From an uncultured Candidatus Saccharibacteria bacterium (GTDB lineage Bacteria; Patescibacteriota; Minisyncoccia; Phycocordibacterales; UBA2100): a stretch of 64,000 nucleotides of DNA. The notes under the pieces are model-generated. The model was not told where the DNA came from, did no database searches, and saw only the letters and a list, made by a program, of their open reading frames with translations. The stretch is from the NCBI GenBank assembly GCA_964534465.1, contig CAZHOB010000003.1, forward strand, positions 14,843-78,842. Direction: 5' to 3'. Of the stretch, positions 27,290 through 36,480 are shown in pieces; position 1 is the stretch's first letter, and each line of letters starts with the position of its first letter. The position numbers were made by a program, and so were the translations under genes.

Positions 27290-28411
27290 TCAACGATCTG
27301 CTAATAACCTTACGGCGATGAATGTGGTGATCGGCACGGCGAGCACGAGGCCAATTGAGCCGATGATTGCGCGAACTATTTCTGTGGCAAAAAGTTCGCG
27401 ATTGAGCGCCATGGAGAGGCTTTCACCTTGGAAGCCGTAAAAGAGCAGGAGGAGCGGCATTGCAGCGCCCACGTACGCGATGGCGAGCGTGTTGACGAGC
27501 GCGCCGATGTGCTCGCGTCCGATGCGCACGGCACGATGATATATTTCCATGCGCGAGAGATGCTCGCCGGCAGACGCAAGTTCTTCCACAGACACCGACT
27601 GCCCGATTGCTGCGTCGTAGAGCACGCCCAGCGTGCCGATGAGTATCGCGCCGATGAGAAGGCCGGCAAAATCTATCTGTCCGTGCGTGTTGATGTTGAG
27701 ATAGGTCGTTTCTTCATTGGTGAATCCGGTCAAGTGGGCAAATGGTATCGCACCGTACGCCAAAATTCCGGTAAACGCGATGGTGGCTATCATGCCGAGC
27801 ACGGCGATCGATGTGGTCTTATTGAGGCCGTGTGTTACGTACGAGCCGATGACCACGATGAGCGAGGCGACTCCCATCGACACCGCTACCGGCGGGTAGC
27901 CGTGCAAAATACCCGGCAGAAGCAAAAAGAGAATAAAAAAGAGACTCGCCCCCAGAGCAAGCAAACCTCGCAATCCTTGTTTGCCGCCAAATATGAGAAC
28001 GACGCCGATGAAAAGTAAGCCGAGCGCACCAAGCTGTGGCAAACGGTACGGCTCTGACACCGTATAAAAATCTGTGGCATCGAGGTCGTTAGTCGTATGG
28101 GTAAGATAAAAGACTTCTCCTACTTTCATGTTGAGATAATCATTTTCGACGATTATCTCTTTCCCCTTCTCGGGCCCATCCTGTACCTGCACTTTGATGG
28201 TCTGATAATCGCTTTCTACCTGCGTGCCGGGCACCAGATGACGCTCCTGCGAAAGGACTTGCAGCACCTTGGCCTTCATCGTCACGACCATGTCAGTCCT
28301 AAGTTCTTGACCATGCACTGGAGCTGCGCAAGAAATTAGCAAAAGTACAATTCCCATTAATGCAACTTTGTTGCATTTTGGAAAAATATCCACGAAAGTA
28401 AACCAACGCAT
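27290..28411 (-). CDS. YibE/F-like polytopic membrane protein with N-terminal extracytoplasmic domain
   Basis: Signal-anchor. About 120-aa soluble domain. 8-9 TM helices. Architecture resembles YibE/F family. Start may be Met19 (28357), which would place the palindrome 28359-28377 immediately upstream. Confidence 0.45.
   Translation of the reverse strand: MRWFTFVDIFPKCNKVALMGIVLLLISCAAPVHGQELRTDMVVTMKAKVLQVLSQERHLVPGTQVESDYQTIKVQVQDGPEKGKEIIVENDYLNMKVGEVFYLTHTTNDLDATDFYTVSEPYRLPQLGALGLLFIGVVLIFGGKQGLRGLLALGASLFFILFLLLPGILHGYPPVAVSMGVASLIVVIGSYVTHGLNKTTSIAVLGMIATIAFTGILAYGAIPFAHLTGFTNEETTYLNINTHGQIDFAGLLIGAILIGTLGVLYDAAIGQSVSVEELASAGEHLSRMEIYHRAVRIGREHIGALVNTLAIAYVGAAMPLLLLFYGFQGESLSMALNRELFATEIVRAIIGSIGLVLAVPITTFIAVRLLADR
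28359..28377. promoter_or_regulatory. Perfect palindrome AATGCAACTTTGTTGCATT (Fur/Zur-box-like operator candidate)
   Basis: 8-3-8 inverted repeat overlapping the start region of the YibE/F-like gene. Same motif recurs at 29251-29270, 29760-29788 and 61407-61430. Confidence 0.5.
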
Positions 28412-28432
28412 GGTCTCACTATATACCCCCTC

Positions 28433-29158
28433 CTAAAGGCCCGCGAAGGAGATGGCAAGATAGATGACAAACATTCCTATCACGGTAGCTATCGTGGTCC
28501 ATCGTTTGGGATGCGTATGATGACTTTCTGGAAGGAGATCGCTCGCGCCTATGTAGAGGAAGAATCCCGAAAATAATGCGAGCAGATACCCAAGCTGGTC
28601 TTCGGTAACGGCAAAAAGGAGCGTTATCAATACGCCGCACACCGGCGCAACCGCATCGATAACGAGCCAGCGAACGGCTTTGCGCCAATGCCCCCCGTTC
28701 TTGAGTATCATATTGACAGTATTGATCCCGTCGGAAAAGTCGTGGGTCAGGACCGCCGCTGCGACGATGAGACCGATGGCTGTCGAGACCTTGAACGCAA
28801 GCCCGATGCCGACACCATCGAGAAAGCTGTGCAGCGAAAGCGTACCGGCACCCCACATGCCTCGCGCCACATGTTCGTGCTCATTTATCGCGTGCTCGTG
28901 GTGACGATGAAGGATGATCATCCGATCGAGCACGAGATAGAGCGCAAACCCTATCGCGATGATGGTCGTGACCACGGAGGTATCGTGATCTTTACCGACG
29001 ATCTGAAGAGCTTCCGGCATGAGATCGAAAAAGGCGACGCCGATGACGGCTCCCGCGCTGAATCCGAGTATGAGATGTAGATTGTCCTTGAGCCGAAGTG
29101 CGAAAAGTCCGCCGATCATCGTGGCAAGGAATGCTCCGGCTGCGATAGCGAAGATCAT
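28433..29158 (-). CDS. zupT: ZIP-family zinc transporter (ZupT-like)
   Basis: ZIP signature HSFLDGVGIGLAF and LTHDFSDGINTV. 8 TM. Start set to MIFAIAAG just after zur stop. Confidence 0.8.
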   Translation of the reverse strand: MIFAIAAGAFLATMIGGLFALRLKDNLHLILGFSAGAVIGVAFFDLMPEALQIVGKDHDTSVVTTIIAIGFALYLVLDRMIILHRHHEHAINEHEHVARGMWGAGTLSLHSFLDGVGIGLAFKVSTAIGLIVAAAVLTHDFSDGINTVNMILKNGGHWRKAVRWLVIDAVAPVCGVLITLLFAVTEDQLGYLLALFSGFFLYIGASDLLPESHHTHPKRWTTIATVIGMFVIYLAISFAGL

Positions 29159-29159
29159 A

Positions 29160-29744
29160 CTATTTGCGGGCGCATGTGGTACAAGTGCCAAAAAGCTCAA
29201 ATGAATGGCTGTTGACCTTGGCGAAACCTGAAATTTCTCTTAACGCAGCCGTTGCAACTTTGTTGAATTCGCATGCTTCGACATCTTTTACGGTGCCGCA
29301 ATCGGTACAGGTAAGGTGATGATGGTGGTGGTCATTGAATTCATAATGCGCCCCGCCTTGACGTAAGTCGGTACGATTCAAAATAGCTGCATTTGCCAGT
29401 GCTTCAAGCGCTCGGTAGACATTGACGCGATCCAGTCGTGCCCCGCATTTCACAGCTACAGTAGGTACCGAAAGAGGCCCATGACTTGATCTCAGAACAG
29501 ACAACATTGCAAGTCGGCCTTCCGTAGACCGAAATCCGTGATCACGCAGGATCGTTTGAAGTTCCTTCCGGTCCGCGCCTCTATAAAATACCTGTATTTC
29601 GGTCGCCCGCCGCTGATCCGCGCGCGGTTTTCCGACCTGCCTGTGTGTCTTTTGAACGGGCCTATGGATTTTTCGTAAGGCTGCCAAGCGCCTTTTCTCC
29701 CACTCCGGGTCCGTCAAGCTTTTCCAAAGCACCATAGTGGTCAC
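29160..29744 (-). CDS. zur: Fur-family metalloregulator, probably Zur, with ~55-aa basic N-terminal extension
   Basis: Winged-helix region (LQTILRDHGFRSTEGRLAMLSVL..VNVYRALEALANAAIL). Metal site HHHHH-LTCTDCG. C-terminal C-x2-C (CTTC). Operon with ZIP transporter. GTG start, alternative ATG at 29735. Confidence 0.7.
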   Translation of the reverse strand: MTTMVLWKSLTDPEWEKRRLAALRKIHRPVQKTHRQVGKPRADQRRATEIQVFYRGADRKELQTILRDHGFRSTEGRLAMLSVLRSSHGPLSVPTVAVKCGARLDRVNVYRALEALANAAILNRTDLRQGGAHYEFNDHHHHHLTCTDCGTVKDVEACEFNKVATAALREISGFAKVNSHSFELFGTCTTCARK

Positions 29745-29759
29745 ACTATCAGACCCCTC

Positions 29760-29788
29760 TCACTAATGCAACTAAGTTGCGTTAGTGA
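29760..29788. promoter_or_regulatory. Palindrome TCACTAATGCAACTAAGTTGCGTTAGTGA immediately upstream of zur (candidate Zur box)
   Basis: 13-nt arms, one mismatch. Overlaps the RBS/-10 region of zur. Related copies at 28359, 29251 and 61407. Confidence 0.5.
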
Positions 29789-29813
29789 TCTATAGCGAAG
29801 ATTTTTTAGCGAG

Positions 29814-30365
29814 TTAAGAGAAAAATCGGGCGACGCCTTTCGCGAGGAACGTGGCGACAAGAAGAAGGAACCACGCGAGAAATACTTTTGAACCGGTGTT
29901 CTCCACGTGCATTTCCATCACGCGCATGCTACGACCGGCGAGCACGTAGCCGGTGCCGCTCGGGGAGGTGAATGGAATGACGACTGCGTCGATACGGACG
30001 TCCCTGTCGGGCTGCCACGTATGGCCCCAGCGCCAAAATGCGACATTTTCAAAAACGCCGTGCGGAGGTGTGGGAGCCGCGCCGTCCAACATACCATTGC
30101 CACCGAGAACAGTTCCGTTTTTGTCGTACACGATGATGAACGGCGATTCACTATTGCGAATATCAACTGTCCTGTCCCCCACGAGCGAGCCCACTTGCAC
30201 ACCCTGCTTGAGGAACGCGACCGCATCCTCCGCGAGCTGTACCTGCGGGTCGTTGAATGACTGCCGGTAGCCTTGCTGCGCAGATATATAGACAATCAGG
30301 CACAGGCCCGTAATGGCTATGCCGAGAGGAAGCCACGATATAAAGATGCGTATAAGCGCTTTCAT
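29814..30365 (-). CDS. Hypothetical secreted/membrane-anchored protein
   Basis: Start set to MKALIRIFISWLPLGIAITGLCLIVYISA (signal anchor). Divergent from and abutting the PAP2 gene, so one of the two starts is probably downstream. Confidence 0.4.
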   Translation of the reverse strand: MKALIRIFISWLPLGIAITGLCLIVYISAQQGYRQSFNDPQVQLAEDAVAFLKQGVQVGSLVGDRTVDIRNSESPFIIVYDKNGTVLGGNGMLDGAAPTPPHGVFENVAFWRWGHTWQPDRDVRIDAVVIPFTSPSGTGYVLAGRSMRVMEMHVENTGSKVFLAWFLLLVATFLAKGVARFFS

Positions 30366-30367
30366 AT

Positions 30368-30916
30368 ATGCAGTATACACAATATGATATTGAAATGTTC
30401 TCGCTTTTTCAGGCGCTCGATCAAGCAATAGCCGGCTCTCTCATGCCTCATACCCCCGCCATGACGCGCTTTTTTACGCGCATCACGCACCTCGGCGGGC
30501 TCTATGTGCTGACGACGGTCGCATGTGTCAGCGCCGCCCTCCTCGCCGCAGTCGGATTTTATGAATTCGCACTCGCGATCTGCGTTTCGCTCGGCAGCAC
30601 AATACTGACCTGCGAAATTTTGAAACGCACCTTCAAGCGTATTAGGCCGGTCGGTCCTCTCATCGTGCAGAGCGGACACTCGCTCCCAAGCGGACACTCA
30701 GCCGGCTCTTTTGTACTCTACGGATATCTTTCATATATACTCATCTCGCTTGCGCCAAGAGAGCCGGTCGCGTGGCTGACGGTCGCTGCACTTTCTACCA
30801 TTGTCGCTCTTGTCGGCTTCAGCCGCGTGTACCTGCGCGTGCATCACACGACCGACGTACTCGTCGGCTTTGCCATCGGTGCCTGCTATATCGCCATCGC
30901 CGCTTCATTTACGTAA
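30368..30916 (+). CDS. PAP2-family phosphatase (phosphatidic acid / undecaprenyl-diphosphate phosphatase-like)
   Basis: PAP2 motifs KRTFKRIRP, PSGHS, SRVYLRVHHTTD. Multiple TM. True start may be a downstream Met. Confidence 0.75.
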   Translation: MQYTQYDIEMFSLFQALDQAIAGSLMPHTPAMTRFFTRITHLGGLYVLTTVACVSAALLAAVGFYEFALAICVSLGSTILTCEILKRTFKRIRPVGPLIVQSGHSLPSGHSAGSFVLYGYLSYILISLAPREPVAWLTVAALSTIVALVGFSRVYLRVHHTTDVLVGFAIGACYIAIAASFT

Positions 30917-31153
30917 CTTGACGCCTCCATATTCGAGTGTTTTACTTGTGAAAGCCTCGCTTTCACAACAACTCAGAAAAGGAGACGGTGATGAGGATCG
31001 TGGTGCCGATGCCAAAGCCGCGCTCGGAAGCGGCGCGCATGCTCGCCGATCCGCGCTATCGCAAGCGGATCGTGGAGAACAAGAAGAATAAAGAGAAATA
31101 TTCCCGCAGGGGACGCATGTCCGGGCGAAAGTCGGAATACTGACCGCCCGCTT

Positions 31154-31504
31154 TTAGTGGGCGGTTTTATTATGTTGGTCGAGCATTTCCTTGTAACGCT
31201 CCACCCAGCTGTCGAAAAATGAGATCGTTTCTGCGAGCTCTTTCTTTGCATCCTCATCGGCGAATTCCCCTACATCCAATAATTCCTGCGCTTTTTCCCG
31301 TGCTTCAAGGAATGCGGGAGATCGCGACATTTCGAGCAATCCGTGAGAGACCTCCGGAATAAGCTCGGAGGGAAGCCCCGGCTCAATGACCGCGCTCATG
31401 AGCATGTCGCCGATCTTTTTTGCCTCCACATCATCCTTCTGCTTCGACGACTCCTGCCCGCGATGCCACATTTTTTCCAGAAACATACCGCTCCAGTGTA
31501 TCAC
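31154..31504 (-). CDS. Hypothetical acidic protein (116 aa)
   Basis: ORF only. Confidence 0.35.
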   Translation of the reverse strand: MIHWSGMFLEKMWHRGQESSKQKDDVEAKKIGDMLMSAVIEPGLPSELIPEVSHGLLEMSRSPAFLEAREKAQELLDVGEFADEDAKKELAETISFFDSWVERYKEMLDQHNKTAH

Positions 31505-32430
31505 TTCTTATTGCCGATCACTGCTTTCAGCAGCGCCATGCGTACGAGGAGGCCATAGCCGACTTGTCGGAAGTAGACAGCGTGCGGCGAATCATCGACT
31601 TCGCGTGTGATCTCAGCAACGCGCGGCAGCGGATGAATGATGATCGCTTTCTTTTTCATGGAATCGGCAAGCTTACGATCGATAACGTAGCGATCTTTGA
31701 ATAGTTCGTACGATCTTTTGCTCTTGAAGCGCTCCTTTTGGACGCGCGTCTGATACACCACGTCTACTTCTCTCATCGACTTCTCAAGCTCATCCGTCTC
31801 GTCGAATGATGCTTTGTGCTTTTTTAGGTATATTTTAATGTCATCGTCGATCCGTAGCTCCGGCGCAGAGACGAACGTAATATGAATGTCTTTGTATTTG
31901 CCGAGCAAATATGCGAGCGAGCGCGCGGCGCGACCGTATTTGAGATCACCAACGAACGCGATGCGAATGCCGTCGATGCCCCCGAGCTCCCTCTGTATCG
32001 TGTACATGTCGAGCAATGCTTGCGTGGGATGTTGGCCCGCACCGTCGCCCGCATTGATGATGGGCACGCGAGAGACAGTGGCGGCGCGGGCCGAAGCGCC
32101 ACTCTCCGGATGGCGCAACACTATGACGTCGGCGTAATAATTGATGACCTTGATAGCATCTTCGAGAGACTCCCCTTTTGCCGCCGAGGAAAATTCAGGG
32201 CCGTTCTCCGTGGTCAATACGTCGCCACCCAGCCGGTACATCGCGCTCTCGAAGCTGAAACGCGTGCGCGTAGAAGGCTCATAAAAAAGAGAGGCAAGTA
32301 TTTTGCCCTTGAGCGAAAGTTCGCGCATATTTTCCAGAGAATCAGCGAGAGCGAACAATTGTTTGAGAAAGTCCCTGCTGAATTGCTGCGTCTCAACGAC
32401 GTGATGCATCAAAATTAAATTATACAACAT
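31501..32430 (-). CDS. pyrB: Aspartate carbamoyltransferase catalytic subunit
   Basis: STRTRFSFE carbamoyl-phosphate binding motif. HPLPRV motif typical of ATCase rather than OTCase. 309 aa. No pyrI adjacent. Confidence 0.85.
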   Translation of the reverse strand: MLYNLILMHHVVETQQFSRDFLKQLFALADSLENMRELSLKGKILASLFYEPSTRTRFSFESAMYRLGGDVLTTENGPEFSSAAKGESLEDAIKVINYYADVIVLRHPESGASARAATVSRVPIINAGDGAGQHPTQALLDMYTIQRELGGIDGIRIAFVGDLKYGRAARSLAYLLGKYKDIHITFVSAPELRIDDDIKIYLKKHKASFDETDELEKSMREVDVVYQTRVQKERFKSKRSYELFKDRYVIDRKLADSMKKKAIIIHPLPRVAEITREVDDSPHAVYFRQVGYGLLVRMALLKAVIGNKK

Positions 32431-32452
32431 TATCGCAATCTGTCATGACGGT

Positions 32453-33814
32453 TTATCGTGCAAAAGGCTGGGCCAAAGTCCAGAGCCCAAATGCCGTATA
32501 GAAAACCATCAGCAGCATAAGCGGGAGTTGGCTCACGATGACATCGCGTTTGATGCTAAAAACGCGCAGTGTAATGCGATGCGCGACTATCGCCGCGATG
32601 ACGTGCCCGATCACGATAGCACTGAGCTGGATAAGCCATACCTTGTCGGCTCCTATAATGCCGATATTTACCTGATTCCCTGCAGTACCAAAAATATCCC
32701 ATCCTTTATTGAACGGATCGGACATTTGGGCGATGAAGGCCTGTCCTTGGGTCAATATAAGCGTGAAATAGTGCGCGAAGTGATACGCGATAGCTATTGG
32801 CACAAGTGAATATGTAAATCGAAGCTGAAGCTGCGAAAATGAAAGCGTGGTATGCGTCATCACTTTCATCGCATACACCGCAAGCGAATACAGCCCGAGA
32901 AGGAAGAAAGGGATAATAAGAAGCGCGAGCATGCCGATCCAGTTGAACAGAGAGTACGAAAAGTATCCGATGAATTCCCACCAAATGTTCGTTTCCTGCA
33001 ATCCATCGAGAATTGTCGAACCGAGCATGACCAGAATAAAAATGAGCAGACTGATGTGAGCAGCGCTCTCTTGCACGAGTCCCTCGCCGGGCCACGAAAT
33101 GATCACTCTTTCTTCCTCAATATGTATCGGCGCAAATTTCCCGATGAGCAGGAACAGCGTAGAAAATAATTCACCGCGCACGAACCACACCTCTGCACCG
33201 AAATACATACTGCCCGCCTGACACACGAGCATATAGAGCGCGAGGAGCGCGCCGAGCACGACCGGGATCGCACCTAAACCGTACGAGAAAAGCTCGAGGC
33301 AAAGCAGTGCAAGAAAGAGTGCGGTGGGGACAAATGGCAGCCAGTAGGGCTCGTATCGCCTCCGCTCTTGCTCGCCGAACAGCATCTCCATTGCACTGAA
33401 CGGATTGAGATAGTCCCACAGACCGCCGACAAGTGCGGTGAAATATGTAAAAAGCAGCAAAAATATCACCCAAAAAAGATCCGGTAGCGGGTTGTGGATG
33501 TAATCCTGTGCACCCAAAAATGCGAGCGCAAAGGCGAAGAGAACGATGCCCGTGCCGAACGCTCGTAAAAACAATTTGACGAAGCGTGCGGCAGGTAGCG
33601 GCTTGATAATAAAGAAAGGCGGTTTATCGCGCGCGATTGGATCGCTGAAAAAGAGCAAGACGACGCACGATGCGACAAAGGCCCCCACGCCGCCCGTTAC
33701 ATATAAAGCCACCGGCAGCGGAAGTGTGTATTGCACTCCGAACGCGTGTGCAAATGCGACCGATGGGAACGCGACAAGCGCCGAGCTGAGCAGCGCGAGC
33801 GGTCGTAATTTCAT
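32453..33814 (-). CDS. Polytopic integral membrane protein of unknown function (~12 TM)
   Basis: Signal peptide then many hydrophobic helices. Overlaps by 4 nt with upstream secreted-protein gene (operon). Confidence 0.5.
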   Translation of the reverse strand: MKLRPLALLSSALVAFPSVAFAHAFGVQYTLPLPVALYVTGGVGAFVASCVVLLFFSDPIARDKPPFFIIKPLPAARFVKLFLRAFGTGIVLFAFALAFLGAQDYIHNPLPDLFWVIFLLLFTYFTALVGGLWDYLNPFSAMEMLFGEQERRRYEPYWLPFVPTALFLALLCLELFSYGLGAIPVVLGALLALYMLVCQAGSMYFGAEVWFVRGELFSTLFLLIGKFAPIHIEEERVIISWPGEGLVQESAAHISLLIFILVMLGSTILDGLQETNIWWEFIGYFSYSLFNWIGMLALLIIPFFLLGLYSLAVYAMKVMTHTTLSFSQLQLRFTYSLVPIAIAYHFAHYFTLILTQGQAFIAQMSDPFNKGWDIFGTAGNQVNIGIIGADKVWLIQLSAIVIGHVIAAIVAHRITLRVFSIKRDVIVSQLPLMLLMVFYTAFGLWTLAQPFAR

Positions 33815-33817
33815 ACC

Positions 33818-34234
33818 TTACGGTTGTACCTGCAGCGAACCGAGCTCTGTCTTGCTATGTTCTAGTTCAAAAGGAAAGTTGCCGCTCGCATTGGCTACGA
33901 GCGTGAGCGTGGCGGGCTGTCCAGCGGTAATATCAACACTCTTGTCATACCCATGCAAATGCAGCTCCTCGTTTTCGTCGACGGTGATAGTGATGGCAAC
34001 GGTATCACCCGTATGCGCGGTAAGCGTGCTTTCACCATCTACGAGTTTACGATGCTGCACCACGAGCGTGAATGCTTTTGTTGTCGGCTCGGGATTACCA
34101 GAACCAAAAGAATCGCTCAGCAAATATGCTCCGATCCCTACGGCGAGCATTGCAACGAGGATAGCGGCCAGTTTATTCATACAGTTACGTAGAAATACTA
34201 TATCATCGTGCGCACTAAAATACAGGCGCTTCAA
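33818..34234 (-). CDS. Secreted beta-sandwich-like protein (possible CopC/cupredoxin-like)
   Basis: Signal peptide MNKLAAILVAMLAVGIGAYLL. Region VAITITVDENEELHLHGYD. Operon with polytopic membrane protein. Functional call speculative. Confidence 0.4.
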   Translation of the reverse strand: MKRLYFSAHDDIVFLRNCMNKLAAILVAMLAVGIGAYLLSDSFGSGNPEPTTKAFTLVVQHRKLVDGESTLTAHTGDTVAITITVDENEELHLHGYDKSVDITAGQPATLTLVANASGNFPFELEHSKTELGSLQVQP

Positions 34235-34263
34235 CGCGCCTGCATTTTACTGTGTTGTAACGG

Positions 34264-34413
34264 TTAGAGCGGATTTTCGCCGCGGATCAATCTGACGAGA
34301 ACGATCACGACCGCAAGGAGCAGAAGTAGGTGAATAAAGCCTCCGAGCGTGTACGAAGACACCACTCCCAAGAACCAGAGAACGACCAATAAAACAGCAA
34401 TTGAAAATAACAT
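34264..34413 (-). CDS. Small membrane protein (49 aa, two TM helices)
   Basis: MLFSIAVLLVVLWFLGVVSSYTLGGFIHLLLLLAVVIVLVRLIRGENPL. Start set to internal Met. Confidence 0.4.
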   Translation of the reverse strand: MLFSIAVLLVVLWFLGVVSSYTLGGFIHLLLLLAVVIVLVRLIRGENPL

Positions 34414-34529
34414 ACCTCCGTATTGTGCGGCTACAGTAGTGAAAGCGAGGTGAACTGTGAACGAGGAGGGATGCGCCTTCCTCATTCGCGAACGGATGAA
34501 GAAAAGCCGCCCGAGAGCGGCTTCAGAAT

Positions 34530-35204
34530 TCATTCATGTGTCGTGGATTCGCCTAAGTGCTCGGCGTCGTTCCAGATACGAATGAGCCAATCGCCATCCT
34601 TGACCCACGGATGCCACACATTGTCGCGAGCGCGGATGATCTGCGAAAGGCCTGTATTGGTCGAGGTCATGCCAAAAAGCACGCCGCGCAATTGATCGGG
34701 CGTGATATTCTCGCCGAACATGATGCGCGCCATGATGCATCGGAGAAAGAAGCCATGCCCGACAGCAACGATCGAGTGAGCTGGATGTTTCGCCCAGAGA
34801 CCAAGCATTCTTTCAGCGCGGTTCACTATCTCCTCGAAATTTTCTCCGCCCTCCACCTTTTTACCGGAGGTAAGGAACGATTCCGTCCACTCATAGTGCA
34901 GCTGCTGACACTTCGGGTCCCATTCGTACATGCCAATGAGTCTCGGGGGCTCTTTTCGTTCCACGAGGTCGTCAAAATATTCAATGGGTTTTCCCGTCTC
35001 TTCGTGGATGAACCACGCCGTACGACGCGCTCGCTCCATGGTACTTGCGTGAATGACATCAAAATCAAGTGCGGCGCAGCGCTTCGCGACACGCGCGGCC
35101 TGCTGCTCGCCTTTTTCCGTAAGCGGTACTTCTGGTCCCCAAAATTTGTCGTCGACATTGGCCACGCTTTGTCCGTGCCGTACGAGGTATACTGTCTCTG
35201 CCAT
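34530..35204 (-). CDS. Histidine phosphatase family protein (phosphoglycerate mutase-like)
   Basis: N-terminal catalytic motif VYLVRHGQSVANV. Confidence 0.75.
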   Translation of the reverse strand: MAETVYLVRHGQSVANVDDKFWGPEVPLTEKGEQQAARVAKRCAALDFDVIHASTMERARRTAWFIHEETGKPIEYFDDLVERKEPPRLIGMYEWDPKCQQLHYEWTESFLTSGKKVEGGENFEEIVNRAERMLGLWAKHPAHSIVAVGHGFFLRCIMARIMFGENITPDQLRGVLFGMTSTNTGLSQIIRARDNVWHPWVKDGDWLIRIWNDAEHLGESTTHE

Positions 35205-35317
35205 TTTTGCATCCTATCATCTGAACTTGTCTTTTTGCATCCTATCACGGCAAAAAAGAAAGAACCGCTCACATAGTGAACGGTTCAATATTTCAACGAT
35301 GCATTTCCGCAGCGATA

Positions 35318-35611
35318 TTACCACCGACCCGCAAGCGGCCTAAGAGCACTGAAGAGCCGCTCATGCAAAGCGGGGATCAGGTCCTGAAGCGCCGCTTCGC
35401 GTGCCGGATCGCCCTCGAAATGGTTGAGCGGCAGCATGAAACCGTTGTCGCCTCTTTTGCCGATATCGAACACGATGCCGTACTCTTTCTCAAGCCCGTC
35501 GAGCGCATAGTGCAATCGACAGAAATAGCTGCCGCGCTCATGCTCGATCCGGAGTGGCTGCAAACCCGCGATAGCGGACACGGTCGAAACGTCGATGACC
35601 AGTTCGGGCAT
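35318..35611 (-). CDS. Hypothetical protein (97 aa)
   Basis: ORF only. Confidence 0.3.
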   Translation of the reverse strand: MPELVIDVSTVSAIAGLQPLRIEHERGSYFCRLHYALDGLEKEYGIVFDIGKRGDNGFMLPLNHFEGDPAREAALQDLIPALHERLFSALRPLAGRW

Positions 35612-35705
35612 TGGAATCTCCTCTGACTACCTTCGACCACATTAACATAACTGCCATATCCGTCAGGCGAGGCCTCATGGCTTGATCCTTCCCAAACGCA
35701 TTTAG

Positions 35706-35734
35706 TTGACACCTATGCATATATAGTTTATAAT
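35706..35734 (+). promoter_or_regulatory. Sigma-70-type promoter TTGACA-17-TATAAT
   Basis: Consensus hexamers with 17-nt spacer upstream of the 35777 gene. Preceded by hairpin motif shared with 36478-36500. Confidence 0.55.
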
Positions 35735-35776
35735 AATTATCGGTTGGTCGTTCACACAAACACAAAGGAGGTTGCG

Positions 35777-36283
35777 ATGGGCCACCGACTACCGCGAATA
35801 CAGTTCGTGTTCGAAGGAAGGAAGCTCTGCCACTTGAGCCAAAAGCCGTCGTGCATTCCCCCGCTCATCTTGGGCGGAAGGAAGGAACTTCGGTGGATTA
35901 CCAAGGGCCGGAGCGTGACCGCCGCATTCTACAACAGTGGCAAGCACGTCTACTGGCAATGGGACCGTACATGGCCCCGGCAATACGAACGGTGGGAGCA
36001 ACAGCTCATGTGGCTGCGCTACCAGCAATTCCCACGGAAACGTTTGCGAGGAGAGAAGCTGCCAAACTGCGTCGTGTGGCATGATGGGCACAGATGGACA
36101 AGACGGAACGGTGCGCGCATTGCACGTCTGCGCGTCCACACCTTTCATGGCAATGCGTGGACCCTGTACTTGGTACCGGACCGGATGTACTACATCGTGC
36201 ATTTCGGCGACGGATGCGAGGCGGTATTCATGACGGACGACACCGTCACGATGCCGAAGGAACTTCTTCTTGGTGATGAGTAA
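35777..36283 (+). CDS. Hypothetical Trp/Arg-rich protein (168 aa)
   Basis: Start with RBS AAAGGAGGTTGCG. Consensus promoter upstream. Confidence 0.45.
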   Translation: MGHRLPRIQFVFEGRKLCHLSQKPSCIPPLILGGRKELRWITKGRSVTAAFYNSGKHVYWQWDRTWPRQYERWEQQLMWLRYQQFPRKRLRGEKLPNCVVWHDGHRWTRRNGARIARLRVHTFHGNAWTLYLVPDRMYYIVHFGDGCEAVFMTDDTVTMPKELLLGDE

Positions 36284-36426
36284 GTAAAAATTGGAATGCT
36301 GCAAGGAATGTTTGCAAAATGACAAACATCGGATGCAGAAAATGAAAAACTCCCTTTACAATATAAATATGTAGGGAGTTTTCAGTTTGTGGTTTTACAA
36401 ACGGCAACAACCATGCGCCACTTTCT

Positions 36427-36480
36427 TTTATAAGACGAATCCCGTTTCTGTAGATGACCGTTTCTTTGCCGTCTGTACCA
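36427..36480 (-). pseudogene. Diverged remnant of the M29 aminopeptidase 3' terminus
   Basis: About 80% nt identity to 36952-37005. Minus-strand translation DGKETVIYRNGIRL versus aminopeptidase C-terminus NGKEKVIYKDGMFVL. Confidence 0.45.

Noticed and set aside
30990-31095. Possible ~33-aa basic peptide ORF after a strong RBS (aaaaggagacggtgATG)
   Set aside because: Too short and frame assignment uncertain by hand. The overlapping track ORFs look like artefacts. Not reported as a feature.
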